Shown here piece by piece: positions 49,290 to 59,601 of a stretch of DNA of 64,000 nucleotides; within the stretch, counting starts at the first letter, position 1, and each line of letters opens with the position of its first letter. This DNA comes from a virus. Its lineage: Duplodnaviria > Caudoviricetes. The stretch lies in IMG/VR virus record IMGVR_UViG_3300027365_000007; one strand, written 5' to 3'. The position numbers and the translations under genes are program-made. The notes below the pieces were generated by a model. That model did no database searches. It was not told the origin of the DNA and saw only the letters and a list, made by a program, of their open reading frames with translations.

Positions 49290-49607
49290 ATGATAGGTTT
49301 TGTAGAAGTAGAAATTTCAAAGATAAAACAGGCATATAGCTTGTTAAAAAACGATATGGATAATCAATCATCACCAAGCATCGATGAAAAGATTAAGAAA
49401 CTATCAATGATACTTAATAATGACTCGGGTAAGCATAGACTTTTCTCACATAAAGAAAAATTAAAAGTAAAGGCATTGTTACATGAATTGGTATATTCTT
49501 CGTATGTCTCAACGTCTAAGAAGATGTTATTACGAGTTGAGGTTGCAAGCCTCATACAGGACATAATAAGCTTACACGAAGACTCGCATGACAATGACAA
49601 TGATTAA
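49290..49607 (+). CDS. Hypothetical protein
   Basis: 105-aa ORF with ATAAATA upstream. Confidence 0.5.
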   Translation: MIGFVEVEISKIKQAYSLLKNDMDNQSSPSIDEKIKKLSMILNNDSGKHRLFSHKEKLKVKALLHELVYSSYVSTSKKMLLRVEVASLIQDIISLHEDSHDNDND

Positions 49608-49641
49608 TGCTAATTTATAAAATTCAGAGGTTTAAAAAATT

Positions 49642-50529
49642 ATGGCAAACGAAGATAATATGAAGCAAACAAAAGAAGAGCTTGAAAAGCTACAGTCTAG
49701 ATTATATTCATGTATGGAAGAAGGTACTGAAATAAAAGAATTAAGTGAAGTCATTAATGAATATACAGTAGCCTTAAACATGGCAATTACAGCAGTGGAT
49801 GTAAAAAACTATTCTACCGATGTTATTAAGGATGAAGCGGTGAATCTTTTTGATGTACAAGATTCCATCATGTATAAGTTCTTAGAAGTAGGGGAATTCA
49901 TCGCTATCGTATGTGAAGATCCTGATGCTGTCAAAAGTGAAAGTGCCTTATATAACTTCATAGATGTACTATCAAAAACCATCCCAGAATACGTTCGTGT
50001 GATAGAAAATATGATGAAGGTAAATCACGACATCAATAATGTAGATATTAAAGCTGAATCCAAAAGTAAAAACATTGACGATACCTTAGTCGAATCTATT
50101 GAAAAAATGACTGAGGCATATGATAAGCTTTCTAAATATATCAATTCTCTAACTAGGGTATTCTCCAAGTTCATACCAAAGCTTTCAAAGAATAATGAGA
50201 AGCTTAAATCATACTTGAATGCACTTTATGAATCAATTATCACAGAGCAAACCATAAAAGGTGATCACTATTGCATTGTACAACCTAAATTTGCTATTTT
50301 TGGTGTTGGTCGTACTGAAGCAGAGGCTTGGACCGATGCTGAAGAATGGGCAGATACTACTGATGAGAATTGGAAGAATTCATTTGAAGCAAAGCCTTGT
50401 ACTAAAGCCGTCTATGACTATGTAAACTCTAATGGCACACCTGATGATTGGGAAGAAAACAATGGCGTGATAGCGTTGACTGATGAGATTAAAGAGATGC
50501 GCGAAGCTATTGAAAAATCAAAAATATAA
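49642..50529 (+). CDS. Hypothetical protein (coiled coil plus C-terminal domain)
   Basis: GAGG RBS; ends at a strong terminator. Confidence 0.6.
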   Translation: MANEDNMKQTKEELEKLQSRLYSCMEEGTEIKELSEVINEYTVALNMAITAVDVKNYSTDVIKDEAVNLFDVQDSIMYKFLEVGEFIAIVCEDPDAVKSESALYNFIDVLSKTIPEYVRVIENMMKVNHDINNVDIKAESKSKNIDDTLVESIEKMTEAYDKLSKYINSLTRVFSKFIPKLSKNNEKLKSYLNALYESIITEQTIKGDHYCIVQPKFAIFGVGRTEAEAWTDAEEWADTTDENWKNSFEAKPCTKAVYDYVNSNGTPDDWEENNGVIALTDEIKEMREAIEKSKI

Positions 50530-50558
50530 AAAAGAGGGCCTTGGCCCTCTTTTTTATA
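50525..50558. terminator. Bidirectional intrinsic terminator
   Basis: TATAAAAAAGAGGGCC-TT-GGCCCTCTTTTTTATA. Confidence 0.9.
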
Positions 50559-51678
50559 AATGATCCTCATCATAAGAACTTCCATATTCTTGCTCTTCCT
50601 CAACATCTTCGAAGACACTCTGAAGTCTATCCTTATCATCTTCACTTATATCATCTAAGTCAATATGCTCAACCTTACCGGCTTTCATATTGTTAACACC
50701 GAGGGCTTTGTCCCAATATTCCGTTCTCGAAAGATCGTTTTTTAGTTGTTCGGTATAACTAGGATCATAATTATTCTCCTGTAATACCTTATCGCGATAC
50801 TTCTGTACTGCATTTTCATCATTAAAAACAACTGTAAATGAATTATTGACCGTAGAAGTGTAATAAGAGAATGGGTTATTTGAAAACATCTCATTGAATT
50901 GTAGACCCATTGTTGTGAGTTGCGCCAATGCATTACCTATCATATCGTCCGTATAAGTGTACCCGCGCCAGTTATAATTCTGTGCAATCTTCTCACATAA
51001 TTTCATGAACCCTATTGCAAGTGCGTCGTTAATTTGACCATGCATTGTATTGAACTTTTCACCATCATTATGACTTATGGCTACACAAGTGGTTTCTCCA
51101 TCAACAATTGCGTAATGACGGTATGGTGGGAAGTTCACCTTTTCTTTAGTGTCTGCGAATTTATTAGTCTTTTTAGAGTTACGATCCCTACTATCTGGTA
51201 TATGTTCATAAGAAAATACTCGCACCACTACATCTTCGTCATTGACTTTTTCAATTTCTTCTTCAGGCATATCAGTAATACGCTTTTTACCTTCTTCGTA
51301 TAATTTACGATTTATATGGCCTATCTTTGCCAATCTTAATATACGTTCATCTATAACGCCTTGAAAGAGTACCAGACGACTTTCAATACTATCATAATCT
51401 TCTTTATCAAGATAACGGTCAATATCTTCTTGATTTAACGCAGATGTACGCTTTTCGTTATTTTTCAAACGCTTTCTATTGATACCCTGAAGCATCAATT
51501 GCTCTTTACTCTGTTCATACATGTCTTCATCACATACGATAATATCGTAATCCCTATACTGAGTCGTCTTCCAATTACCATCTATATACCATGTGTATGA
51601 TGCTTTCGAAAGATGAATGTTATTCATTAAATCTCGATTTCTTAAATATTTTTCTTTTACTTGTTTTTTAACAGCCAT
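50554..51678 (-). CDS. gp55: Late-transcription sigma factor, T4 gp55-like, with a large insertion
   Basis: YLRNRDL N-motif; MKLCEKIA..YNWRGYTY.DDMI...QFNE..S.NPFSYYT....NSF. Confidence 0.8.
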   Translation of the reverse strand: MAVKKQVKEKYLRNRDLMNNIHLSKASYTWYIDGNWKTTQYRDYDIIVCDEDMYEQSKEQLMLQGINRKRLKNNEKRTSALNQEDIDRYLDKEDYDSIESRLVLFQGVIDERILRLAKIGHINRKLYEEGKKRITDMPEEEIEKVNDEDVVVRVFSYEHIPDSRDRNSKKTNKFADTKEKVNFPPYRHYAIVDGETTCVAISHNDGEKFNTMHGQINDALAIGFMKLCEKIAQNYNWRGYTYTDDMIGNALAQLTTMGLQFNEMFSNNPFSYYTSTVNNSFTVVFNDENAVQKYRDKVLQENNYDPSYTEQLKNDLSRTEYWDKALGVNNMKAGKVEHIDLDDISEDDKDRLQSVFEDVEEEQEYGSSYDEDHL

Positions 51679-51840
51679 ATAAAACCTTTTGTTGTTATTA
51701 TTTTCTTTTTTAATGCTTTATAAAAATCTTTAATGAAGATCAATTTTATGCTTATTATTGATTATAACTATAAAGTGGATTGTGTCAATGATTTCATAAA
51801 AAATAATTGATAAATAATATAACAAAACAAGGATATAGAT

Positions 51841-52509
51841 ATGTCTATAGCAAATAAACAAGGCCAAGTCTTATCAAAGAAAAAAATTGAAAAATGTAAA
51901 CTTTTACTGAAGAATCGCACAACGCCTAGTGCCGATTCAAATTCAAACTCAATAGATTTATTAGGCAGTAGCAATAGCGATATAATGTACCCGTTAGCCG
52001 CTGATGGGGGGATTGTATTCGAAAACACTCCTACCATTTCATTGGTTAGTACTGCATCATACACTGCATATGAACTAATGCACTCGAATTATGAGTTAAA
52101 TGCGTACCAAAAATCAACAATAAGTGACTTCCAGATACAAGAAGCCCGTTTAACCGCAGAAACTAGGGAGAAAGCTGACTACATGTTAGCCGTAATACAG
52201 TTTCTACGCACATTTACAAAAATGAACTACGGTATAAATGACCCAGAAGCGGGTATGCCCCCTAGAATCATGAATTTTTCAGCGTATGGTGAACACATGT
52301 TCCATAACGTGCCGGTAGCATTACGATCATATTCCATTAACTTACCTGATAGTGTCGATTACGTACAAACGTCATTTAACACACAAGTACCATTGGTCAT
52401 GGGGATTAACATAACACTGACGTTCATGCCCACACCAAGTAAGATTAAGAACGAATTTAGTTTAAGTAAGTTTGCAGACGGCAGTCTAATTAAGAAGGGG
52501 TATTTATGA
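51841..52509 (+). CDS. Baseplate/tail-tube initiator-like protein
   Basis: FLRTFTKMNYG..PPRI.NFSAYG..MF.NVPV....LP..VDYV; first gene of the hub operon. Confidence 0.55.
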   Translation: MSIANKQGQVLSKKKIEKCKLLLKNRTTPSADSNSNSIDLLGSSNSDIMYPLAADGGIVFENTPTISLVSTASYTAYELMHSNYELNAYQKSTISDFQIQEARLTAETREKADYMLAVIQFLRTFTKMNYGINDPEAGMPPRIMNFSAYGEHMFHNVPVALRSYSINLPDSVDYVQTSFNTQVPLVMGINITLTFMPTPSKIKNEFSLSKFADGSLIKKGYL

Positions 52510-52790
52510 GTGTAGAATCATCACCTTACTACTTAACCAATATAAAAGACTATTATCTGGACATTATCACATTACCTGAAATACCAAAAAATCCAGATGA
52601 TAAATACTACGTCATTGAACACAAGTATCACCTTAGACCTGATAAATTAGCAAAAGATTTGTATGGTGATGCAGGGTTGCTTTATGTCTTTACATTAAGA
52701 AACATGGATCAAATTGAAGACCCTATATTTGATTTTACAGAAGGGAAAGGAATATTTCTTCCAAGTCCAAAAACAATAAGAGGTTTATAA
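52506..52790 (+). CDS. LysM-like baseplate wedge protein (gp53-like)
   Basis: YVIEHKYHLRPDKLAKDLYGD..L.YVF..RN..I.DPIFDF..GK.I.LP. Confidence 0.75.
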   Translation: MSVESSPYYLTNIKDYYLDIITLPEIPKNPDDKYYVIEHKYHLRPDKLAKDLYGDAGLLYVFTLRNMDQIEDPIFDFTEGKGIFLPSPKTIRGL

Positions 52791-54629
52791 ATGGCTGAGT
52801 TTAACCTAAACCCCATTTCATCAAATATTCTTAACAGGTACTCGTCGTATACATACAATTTCAAACTGTATGCAGTAGATCAAGGTGCGTATAACAATAT
52901 TACAAATCAGTCAATTGATTTTGAAGAAATACATAAGTCCAATGCTATAAAAAAAGCAAGAAAAGCAGTAATTGCGGAAAGTGGTGTTACTAACTTAAAA
53001 ATTGACGACGTATCAATATCTTCAAGACCATCCAACACTGATGCTACTTTTATCACAAATGTTAGCTTTAAGATCACACAACCAAAAGGATTTTCATTCA
53101 TAGAATCTATGGTTGCTGCCGGTACCTTATGTGGATGGGAAGGCTTCTTTTCTTCACCATTCCTGATTTTTGAAATATCTTTCAAAGGATGGGAGGGTGA
53201 ATCTGGCAAGGGTACCACTGTAAAAACTATATCGATACCTATACAAATAACAAACGTGAACACAGAAATGGATGGCGGTGGTAGCCGTTATTCGATTGAA
53301 GCCGCTGTAATGTTCCAGTCACACCGTCAGGTATATAGCTCCACAATAAGCTCGATGACTATAGACGATTGTGATACGTTTTCCCAATTTTTAACAAAAT
53401 TACAAGCAAAAATAAATGAAGAAGCTAAAAAAGATCAATCAAATGGTGATGTTCTCACGACAATACATAAATTTGAAGCAGATGAAGACATTGGTTCTAT
53501 GAAGCTGAGTACACCAAAAGATTCTGGTCACCCATTGTTCAACCATTCAGGAAACAGCGAAGGTAGTGGTGCGTCATATTCTATATCAAATCAATACTCT
53601 ATACCTAAGCTTTTGGAAAGTGTGCTACTTACATCACCCGATGTACAGAAAAAGCTGGAAGGTGACGAAGACTCAAAAATGATATTCGGAACAACATTCC
53701 AGATAGATCCAGTGGTTAAATCCGAAGATTACAACCCTATAGCAGGCGAGTATACGTATCAAATAACATGGAAAGTTCGCTTTGCACCAACAATGTTATT
53801 ACGAAATAGAGGTGTGTCATCCTCAGAGGCTCTGAAAATTCTAGTCGATGATAAATATACACGCTTTAGAAGAGTGTATTCACACTACTTTACTGGGATG
53901 AATTCAGAAGTACTCAACGTAAATATGGAGACAAATAAGCTATATTTTAATAAATTAACACGTTACGAAAACCTCTTTATTAATGAAACAAATTCAAAGG
54001 GTATGAAGAAGGGTGATACCAACCTTACTGAAGAACGAAAGAAATCAGTTGCAAATATTACTGAGCAACAGGCACAGAATAAAAAAGAAATGATTGAACA
54101 ATCTAAGCTGAAGAATTCTTTAGATTCTGGCGAAGAAGTTTATGTTGATGATGTATCAGTGGCGTCGATAGAAAGGCTATCCAAATTTAGGTATATGTAT
54201 AGATTTGCCCGTGATACACAAGGTTCAGTACCACAAAAAACAGCACCTGATTATTCTGGCTCTAAAACTCAAGATATGCACGACCTTCTTAGAAACACAC
54301 GCAATAAGTTAGAACTTTCTGCACTTCGTCTTGAGTTAGAAATCAGAGGTGATCCTTATTGGCTTTCTCCAATGAATGGTAACTATGAGATTGATTCCGG
54401 TGAACGTCTATCAAGCCTACGCTCAAATATCATTGGATTCAAAACAGGGTTTCCAAACGAGATTCAAGAGTCGGGCGTTCGCAACGACTATATGTTTTCA
54501 GGGTTATATATCGTAGTCAATGTAACGTCATCCTTCAATGCTGGTAAATTCACACAAAAACTTGAGTGTGCGCGTATTGTTGATGTAGACAGTGGTACCT
54601 TTTTAAAGAATTATGGAGATGATAACTAA
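52791..54629 (+). CDS. Baseplate hub protein (gp27-like)
   Basis: Position between the gp53-like and gp5-like genes; IRGDPYWL and SGLYIVVNVTSSFNAGKFTQKL. Confidence 0.6.
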   Translation: MAEFNLNPISSNILNRYSSYTYNFKLYAVDQGAYNNITNQSIDFEEIHKSNAIKKARKAVIAESGVTNLKIDDVSISSRPSNTDATFITNVSFKITQPKGFSFIESMVAAGTLCGWEGFFSSPFLIFEISFKGWEGESGKGTTVKTISIPIQITNVNTEMDGGGSRYSIEAAVMFQSHRQVYSSTISSMTIDDCDTFSQFLTKLQAKINEEAKKDQSNGDVLTTIHKFEADEDIGSMKLSTPKDSGHPLFNHSGNSEGSGASYSISNQYSIPKLLESVLLTSPDVQKKLEGDEDSKMIFGTTFQIDPVVKSEDYNPIAGEYTYQITWKVRFAPTMLLRNRGVSSSEALKILVDDKYTRFRRVYSHYFTGMNSEVLNVNMETNKLYFNKLTRYENLFINETNSKGMKKGDTNLTEERKKSVANITEQQAQNKKEMIEQSKLKNSLDSGEEVYVDDVSVASIERLSKFRYMYRFARDTQGSVPQKTAPDYSGSKTQDMHDLLRNTRNKLELSALRLELEIRGDPYWLSPMNGNYEIDSGERLSSLRSNIIGFKTGFPNEIQESGVRNDYMFSGLYIVVNVTSSFNAGKFTQKLECARIVDVDSGTFLKNYGDDN

Positions 54630-56050
54630 TGATGCGCAATGATAGAGAATACGACGATTCAAGTAACCGCCTACACGGCTTATTCATGGGTTTCGTCAAG
54701 AACAGCTCGGATTATCAACGCATGGGACGTTTGGACGTTTGGATACCCGAATTATGCTCATCGGATACAGAGACAATAGCGGTAGTCTACGGCTCCCCAT
54801 TTGCCGGTGCTAGTGCACAACAAGCATCTGACGATGGCGACACCTATGAAGAGACGCAAAAATCTTATGGTTTTTGGGCGGTGCCGCCTGATATAGATAG
54901 CATCGTACTAGTAATGTTCATTAACGGTCATATTTCTAGAGGTGTATGGTTGGGTGGATTGTTTCACCAAGATATGAACCATATGGTCCCAAATATACCC
55001 GTTGGTGAAAGTTATCAAAAAGACTTCCCGGCTCCTACTGCCGAATATAACAAGAAGAGTGCAAACAGTACGAAAGACCCTGATCAAGCGAAGCCGTACC
55101 ACAAGCCTCATTATGAAGCTATAAGAAATCAAGGTTTAAAGAATGATCCCATTCGTGGTTTTTCTCAACACGGATCTCGCTCTGAAAATACATCAAAGGT
55201 GATGGGTTTATTGAGCCCCAGAGGTCATTACTGGTCAATCGAAGACACACAAAACGATGAGAAGATACGCCTTCGGTCCCGTGGCGGCGTACAACTGCTT
55301 CTTGATGATACCAATGGTATGGCGTATCTTATCAACAAATCCGGTAAGGGCTGGGTTGAGATCGACAATGAAGGTAAAATAATGGTTTATGGTGAAGAAG
55401 GTATTGCGTTGAGAAGTAAAAAGGATATAAACCTACGCGCAGATAATGATCTAATATTTGAATCTGGACGAAATATTGTCATGAAAAGTGTAGGTAATAC
55501 AAAGCTTGAAAACTATAATTATATTCATAAGACAAAGAAGAACCAAAGTATAAATGTTGAAGGTATACAGAGATCTAAGTTGGGTAGACAACACACATTG
55601 TCAGAAGACGACATTCAAATTGTTGCTACTAACAAATATAACATTGGTACTGACCTATATAACGTGAACAGTTCAAGTAACGCAAATATAACATCCGGTG
55701 CAGATCTTAATATCAATACTGTAGGTTTGTTCAATGCGACATCTGGGGGTGATACAAACTTAAATTCAAGTGGTAATACTTTTATGTCTTCTGGTTCAAA
55801 TATGTTCTTAGATGCGTCATTGATCATGGAAAATGTAGGAAGTGTAGCACAGACAGCAGAATCCGCCGAGTCATCATCACCTAATGTAGTTGATATTCCT
55901 GATCTTGAGACATATGCTAAGACTGATGTTATACAACCACATAGCGATGAGGAACCTGAAGAAAATACAATCCAATCAATTAACACTGTATTTCCGTCTC
56001 ATGAGCCTTGTCCAGAACATGGTAAGACTCCGAAGACTAGAAATGACTAG
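54629..56050 (+). CDS. Central spike protein, gp5/VgrG-like, without a lysozyme domain
   Basis: OB fold VK.SSD..RMGRLDVWIP, SYGFWAVPPD; RGHYWSIED..IRLRSRGG; beta-helix repeats. Confidence 0.85.
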   Translation: MMRNDREYDDSSNRLHGLFMGFVKNSSDYQRMGRLDVWIPELCSSDTETIAVVYGSPFAGASAQQASDDGDTYEETQKSYGFWAVPPDIDSIVLVMFINGHISRGVWLGGLFHQDMNHMVPNIPVGESYQKDFPAPTAEYNKKSANSTKDPDQAKPYHKPHYEAIRNQGLKNDPIRGFSQHGSRSENTSKVMGLLSPRGHYWSIEDTQNDEKIRLRSRGGVQLLLDDTNGMAYLINKSGKGWVEIDNEGKIMVYGEEGIALRSKKDINLRADNDLIFESGRNIVMKSVGNTKLENYNYIHKTKKNQSINVEGIQRSKLGRQHTLSEDDIQIVATNKYNIGTDLYNVNSSSNANITSGADLNINTVGLFNATSGGDTNLNSSGNTFMSSGSNMFLDASLIMENVGSVAQTAESAESSSPNVVDIPDLETYAKTDVIQPHSDEEPEENTIQSINTVFPSHEPCPEHGKTPKTRND

Positions 56051-56373
56051 CCAAGGTCACAATCACTATGAGACTTTGGCTGCGTCTTGTTTTTCATTTC
56101 CTTCATCTTACGCTCAAACTCTTCGTTTGAGCGTTTGACGTTTTCTGTTACGGATTCATCCATTTCAATTTGGGGATTAAGGAAGAGAAAAGCTTTTCCT
56201 TTTGGTCCAGCTTTCAGAATAAAATTCTTTTCCGTCGAATGCATAACGTTTCCCATAGACTTGATATGGATATCCTTATCAAATTCTATGGTTACCTGTC
56301 CATCTGTTTCATTAATATTAAGTTTATTAATGAATTTGACTAACGTGACAACTTTTTTTATGAAGCCAATCAT
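56047..56373 (-). CDS. Hypothetical protein
   Basis: 108-aa ORF, last in a minus-strand operon. Confidence 0.5.
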   Translation of the reverse strand: MIGFIKKVVTLVKFINKLNINETDGQVTIEFDKDIHIKSMGNVMHSTEKNFILKAGPKGKAFLFLNPQIEMDESVTENVKRSNEEFERKMKEMKNKTQPKSHSDCDLG

Positions 56374-56374
56374 A

Positions 56375-56713
56375 TTATGAAGGACTCACAATCCCAGAAT
56401 CTTCTGAGCGTAATTGTTTATCTACAGACTCCATAGATTTCATATATGTTACAATCTTGGCCTTTTCAAATGTAATGTCACATGAATAGGCATCTTCCGC
56501 ACTATATGATAGTGGATGTAGAGCAATACCGACACCACCTTGTGCATTGGGTTGTGGTACAATCATTCGAACACAACTTAGTACAATAGTCTTTTCATCG
56601 TCGTTTACATAACGACCTACAATTTCAGTCATATTATCCAGTAATACTGTTACAGCATCACCTTTTTTATATCCAGCATTAATTTGTAACACATCCACCT
56701 CATTCTTCTTCAT
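56375..56713 (-). CDS. Small beta-barrel (Sm-like) phage protein (start revised to MKKNEV)
   Basis: KKGD.VT..L....EIVGRY..D......L...R..V pattern. Confidence 0.5.
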   Translation of the reverse strand: MKKNEVDVLQINAGYKKGDAVTVLLDNMTEIVGRYVNDDEKTIVLSCVRMIVPQPNAQGGVGIALHPLSYSAEDAYSCDITFEKAKIVTYMKSMESVDKQLRSEDSGIVSPS

Positions 56714-57002
56714 TAGTAATAGTGAAATCTTTAAATCCATATTTTCTTGCGGCAGCAAGAGCATCATCAGAAAGACTCTCAAGGTATCCTTTTAAGCCAT
56801 ATTTAATAACTGCACTTCCGTCATTATGGGTTTGCATGGTTAGATCCCACGCTTCATCTACTGATTTACGGTAGATCTCTGTAAGAACCATAGCAACGAA
56901 ATCTACAGGTGTAGTATCATCGTTATGGATAATAGCTTTGTACCTTTTTGGTTCAACGACTTTAATTTCGTCCAACTCTACAACATCTGTCTTACTAGAC
57001 AT
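56700..57002 (-). CDS. clpS: ClpS-like adaptor (start revised to MSSKTD)
   Basis: YKAIIHNDDTTPVDFV..VL..IY......A...T..TH..G.A; AAGGAG RBS. Confidence 0.88.
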   Translation of the reverse strand: MSSKTDVVELDEIKVVEPKRYKAIIHNDDTTPVDFVAMVLTEIYRKSVDEAWDLTMQTHNDGSAVIKYGLKGYLESLSDDALAAARKYGFKDFTITNEEE

Positions 57003-57015
57003 TATCGACTCCTTT

Positions 57016-57264
57016 TTAGTCAAATTTCTGAAGGTTCTTTTCTTCTTCACGAAGCTTCTTTTCGTAACGCTTGATTGCGCGTTTTTTATCAAGCTTCTTT
57101 TTCATTGAAGGTTTCTGAAATTCTTTTCTAAGACTATACTCTTTAACACGACCGTCTTCATCAACCTTCTTACGAAGTTTTTTCAATGCACGGTCTACAT
57201 TACCATTTCTTACCTCAACTTTCAACCCTTGGATTTTATGAGGTTCACCCTTAAATCTTTTCAT
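57016..57264 (-). CDS. rpsU: Ribosomal protein bS21
   Basis: VEVRNGNVDRALKKLRKKV...G..KE...RKEFQKPS.KKK; GGAG RBS. Confidence 0.85.
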   Translation of the reverse strand: MKRFKGEPHKIQGLKVEVRNGNVDRALKKLRKKVDEDGRVKEYSLRKEFQKPSMKKKLDKKRAIKRYEKKLREEEKNLQKFD

Positions 57265-57305
57265 ATTATTAAATTACTCTCCTAATATTTTCTCAATATG
57301 AATAG

Positions 57306-58523
57306 TTATTTATTGTTATTATTTTTCTTTTTTCTATTGTAACGAAACTTAGTCTTTAATGAATTACTTTTTGAATCAAATTCAACAACTACAGTTTGTA
57401 TGTTCCGACTTGTGTATTCCTCAATGTCATATTGAACATGTCGTAGTTCTTTTTCCAATACCTTACGAAGACCACGAACGCCAATTTTGTCTTTAACTAC
57501 CTTATCGGCTACAAAATCAACAGCTTCTGGTTTAAATTGTAATTTTACACCGTCAACCGCAAACAAGGTCTCGAACTGCTTCACTACACTATTCTTCGTC
57601 TCAGTCATTACCCGCTTAATGTCATCTCTAGTTAGGGTATTAGTATACGTATGAATAGGTAGACGCCCAACCAATTCTGGAATCATACCAAACTCGACAA
57701 GATCGTCAGTATTAACATGTTTATAGATTTCACCCATATCAATGTCTTCATCCTTCTTTGCACGTCCAAAGCCAATAGAATTGGTTTCTAAGCGCTTTTG
57801 TACAATCTTTTCCAATCCTACAAAAGAACCACCGGCAATGAAGAGTATGTCCTTAGTATCGATACCTACATTTTTAGCAACCTTTATTTCTTTACCTTCG
57901 AGAAGACGTAGAAATGACTTTTGTACATCTTCCCCACTCACATCAGAGGTAGACCCACCACCTTTAGACTTTTTCTTTTTATCAATTTCATCCAAAAACA
58001 CAATTCCCTTTTCTGCCAGTTCTTTGTTTTTATCAGCTTTTGCGTATAGTTCTTTAATACATTGTTCAACATCATCACCAGTATATCCAGATGCAGACAT
58101 ACTTGTAGTATCCACTACAACCATCGGAACGTTAATGAAACGTGCGATATGTTGAATAATGGCCGTCTTACCTGTACCTGATTCACCCATTAGTAAAATA
58201 TTACTTTTGTCTAAATCTTTTTGTTCATCTTGCGGTAAGCTCAAACGCTTATAGTGGTTTCGTACTGCTATCGCAATGTCTTTTTTTGCTGTTTCCTGTT
58301 CAATAATATACTGATCAAGATATTCGACCAATGTTTTTGTAGATGGGATGTTAATTTTAGAATCGTTAGCTTTAACACCAGAGGTATTTCTATTCAAATA
58401 TCCCAGATAGTGACGATGCATTGCATTTACACATTCACCACAAATTCCCTCATCTCCTACCTCATCAATCGAGATAAAGAAATCAATATCGCTATCAGTC
58501 TTAGGACAGGTTCTACACTTCAT
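57306..58523 (-). CDS. clpX: ClpX-like AAA+ unfoldase
   Basis: Cys4 ZBD (CRTC..CGEC), GESGTGKT, GYTG pore loop, FLDEIDK, DVSGEDVQ, IGF loop, GMIPELVGRLP and GVRGLR. Confidence 0.93.
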   Translation of the reverse strand: MKCRTCPKTDSDIDFFISIDEVGDEGICGECVNAMHRHYLGYLNRNTSGVKANDSKINIPSTKTLVEYLDQYIIEQETAKKDIAIAVRNHYKRLSLPQDEQKDLDKSNILLMGESGTGKTAIIQHIARFINVPMVVVDTTSMSASGYTGDDVEQCIKELYAKADKNKELAEKGIVFLDEIDKKKKSKGGGSTSDVSGEDVQKSFLRLLEGKEIKVAKNVGIDTKDILFIAGGSFVGLEKIVQKRLETNSIGFGRAKKDEDIDMGEIYKHVNTDDLVEFGMIPELVGRLPIHTYTNTLTRDDIKRVMTETKNSVVKQFETLFAVDGVKLQFKPEAVDFVADKVVKDKIGVRGLRKVLEKELRHVQYDIEEYTSRNIQTVVVEFDSKSNSLKTKFRYNRKKKNNNNK

Positions 58524-58535
58524 ATATACCTCTTA

Positions 58536-59582
58536 TTATTTTTTAAAATTGGGCAACCAAGATGACTTTTTCTTCGCTTTCTCAAGGTTGTGTAATTTAT
58601 ATGGAGATTCATTCTCCACAACATCTTCATTACTTGTATCTTCATGTTGATTATCGAGCATATCTTTATATTTGTCTTCAGTATCTTTATCACTTGTAGT
58701 ATCAGATTCGTCCATATTGTTTAAGTACTCATGTACCTTTCGAATATGCTCTTCTTTCTGATCATCAGTAAGATCATCATACATCATTTTACTATCTTGT
58801 ACAGTATCATCTTTCTCAAATACTGAGAATTCTGAACGTACCCGATGATCATTGCGATGTATATGCGCATGGTTAGCACTTATGAGCAACATCACAGCAA
58901 GTGGATCGAAGGTACATACTAGCAGTAAAATCAAAATCTTTACAGCTTTATCAATGGAATTAGATGTATCACCAAACAATAACTCCGCAATATATTTTAT
59001 AGGACCGACTTCAAGTTCAATTTCCTGCATCTTGCTCTTCAACTCGGCAATATCACTGTTATAATCATCGATTCTAGATTCGCTCTTAGATATAGCTTCT
59101 TCGACGCTAGAGCGTTGATCAGACTGTTCTTCTCGCTGCTCCAAGCCTCTAGTCACAAACCCAAGTTCAATATACTTATCCAATGCGTCATCTAGGTTAT
59201 CCAAGACTTTCTGATTACGGTCTATTTTGGTCTGTTCCATATCAACCTTTTCTTCAAGGCGCTCTATTTGTAAAACATATTGTTCTTGCGGTCCTACCTT
59301 TTCCAAATGCGCTTTAGATAAAAAACCGAAAATACCGATGGAAGTAATAACCATTAGAGTCACAATAAAAAACATCAATGACGATTTTTGTATAAAGCCA
59401 ATGATATTCCAGAATCGATAAGCATATGAGATGGCCACTAGTTTGCCTGCCTCTAGTACAGACCCCATGATAATTACGGAAAGGGCGCTGGCAGAAAATA
59501 CTGCCACCAACCCCGTTATTGAGAAATATGCTGCTACCGCAGCTATAGATAATGCACTCAAGAATAGTAGTAAAATAAACAT
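58536..59582 (-). CDS. Membrane protein with a central coiled coil
   Basis: Three N-terminal TM segments (AAYFSITGL, LEAGKLV), a coiled coil and VCTFDPLAV. Confidence 0.7.
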   Translation of the reverse strand: MFILLLFLSALSIAAVAAYFSITGLVAVFSASALSVIIMGSVLEAGKLVAISYAYRFWNIIGFIQKSSLMFFIVTLMVITSIGIFGFLSKAHLEKVGPQEQYVLQIERLEEKVDMEQTKIDRNQKVLDNLDDALDKYIELGFVTRGLEQREEQSDQRSSVEEAISKSESRIDDYNSDIAELKSKMQEIELEVGPIKYIAELLFGDTSNSIDKAVKILILLLVCTFDPLAVMLLISANHAHIHRNDHRVRSEFSVFEKDDTVQDSKMMYDDLTDDQKEEHIRKVHEYLNNMDESDTTSDKDTEDKYKDMLDNQHEDTSNEDVVENESPYKLHNLEKAKKKSSWLPNFKK

Positions 59583-59601
59583 ATAAGTTAACCCTTTTAC
59601 A

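Noticed and set aside
17795-51816. Additional ATAAATA late-promoter variants (17795, 31576, 35526, 40286, 48668, 49259, 51810)
   Set aside because: They are plausibly placed, but a 7-mer this AT-rich is expected many times by chance; not listed as features.
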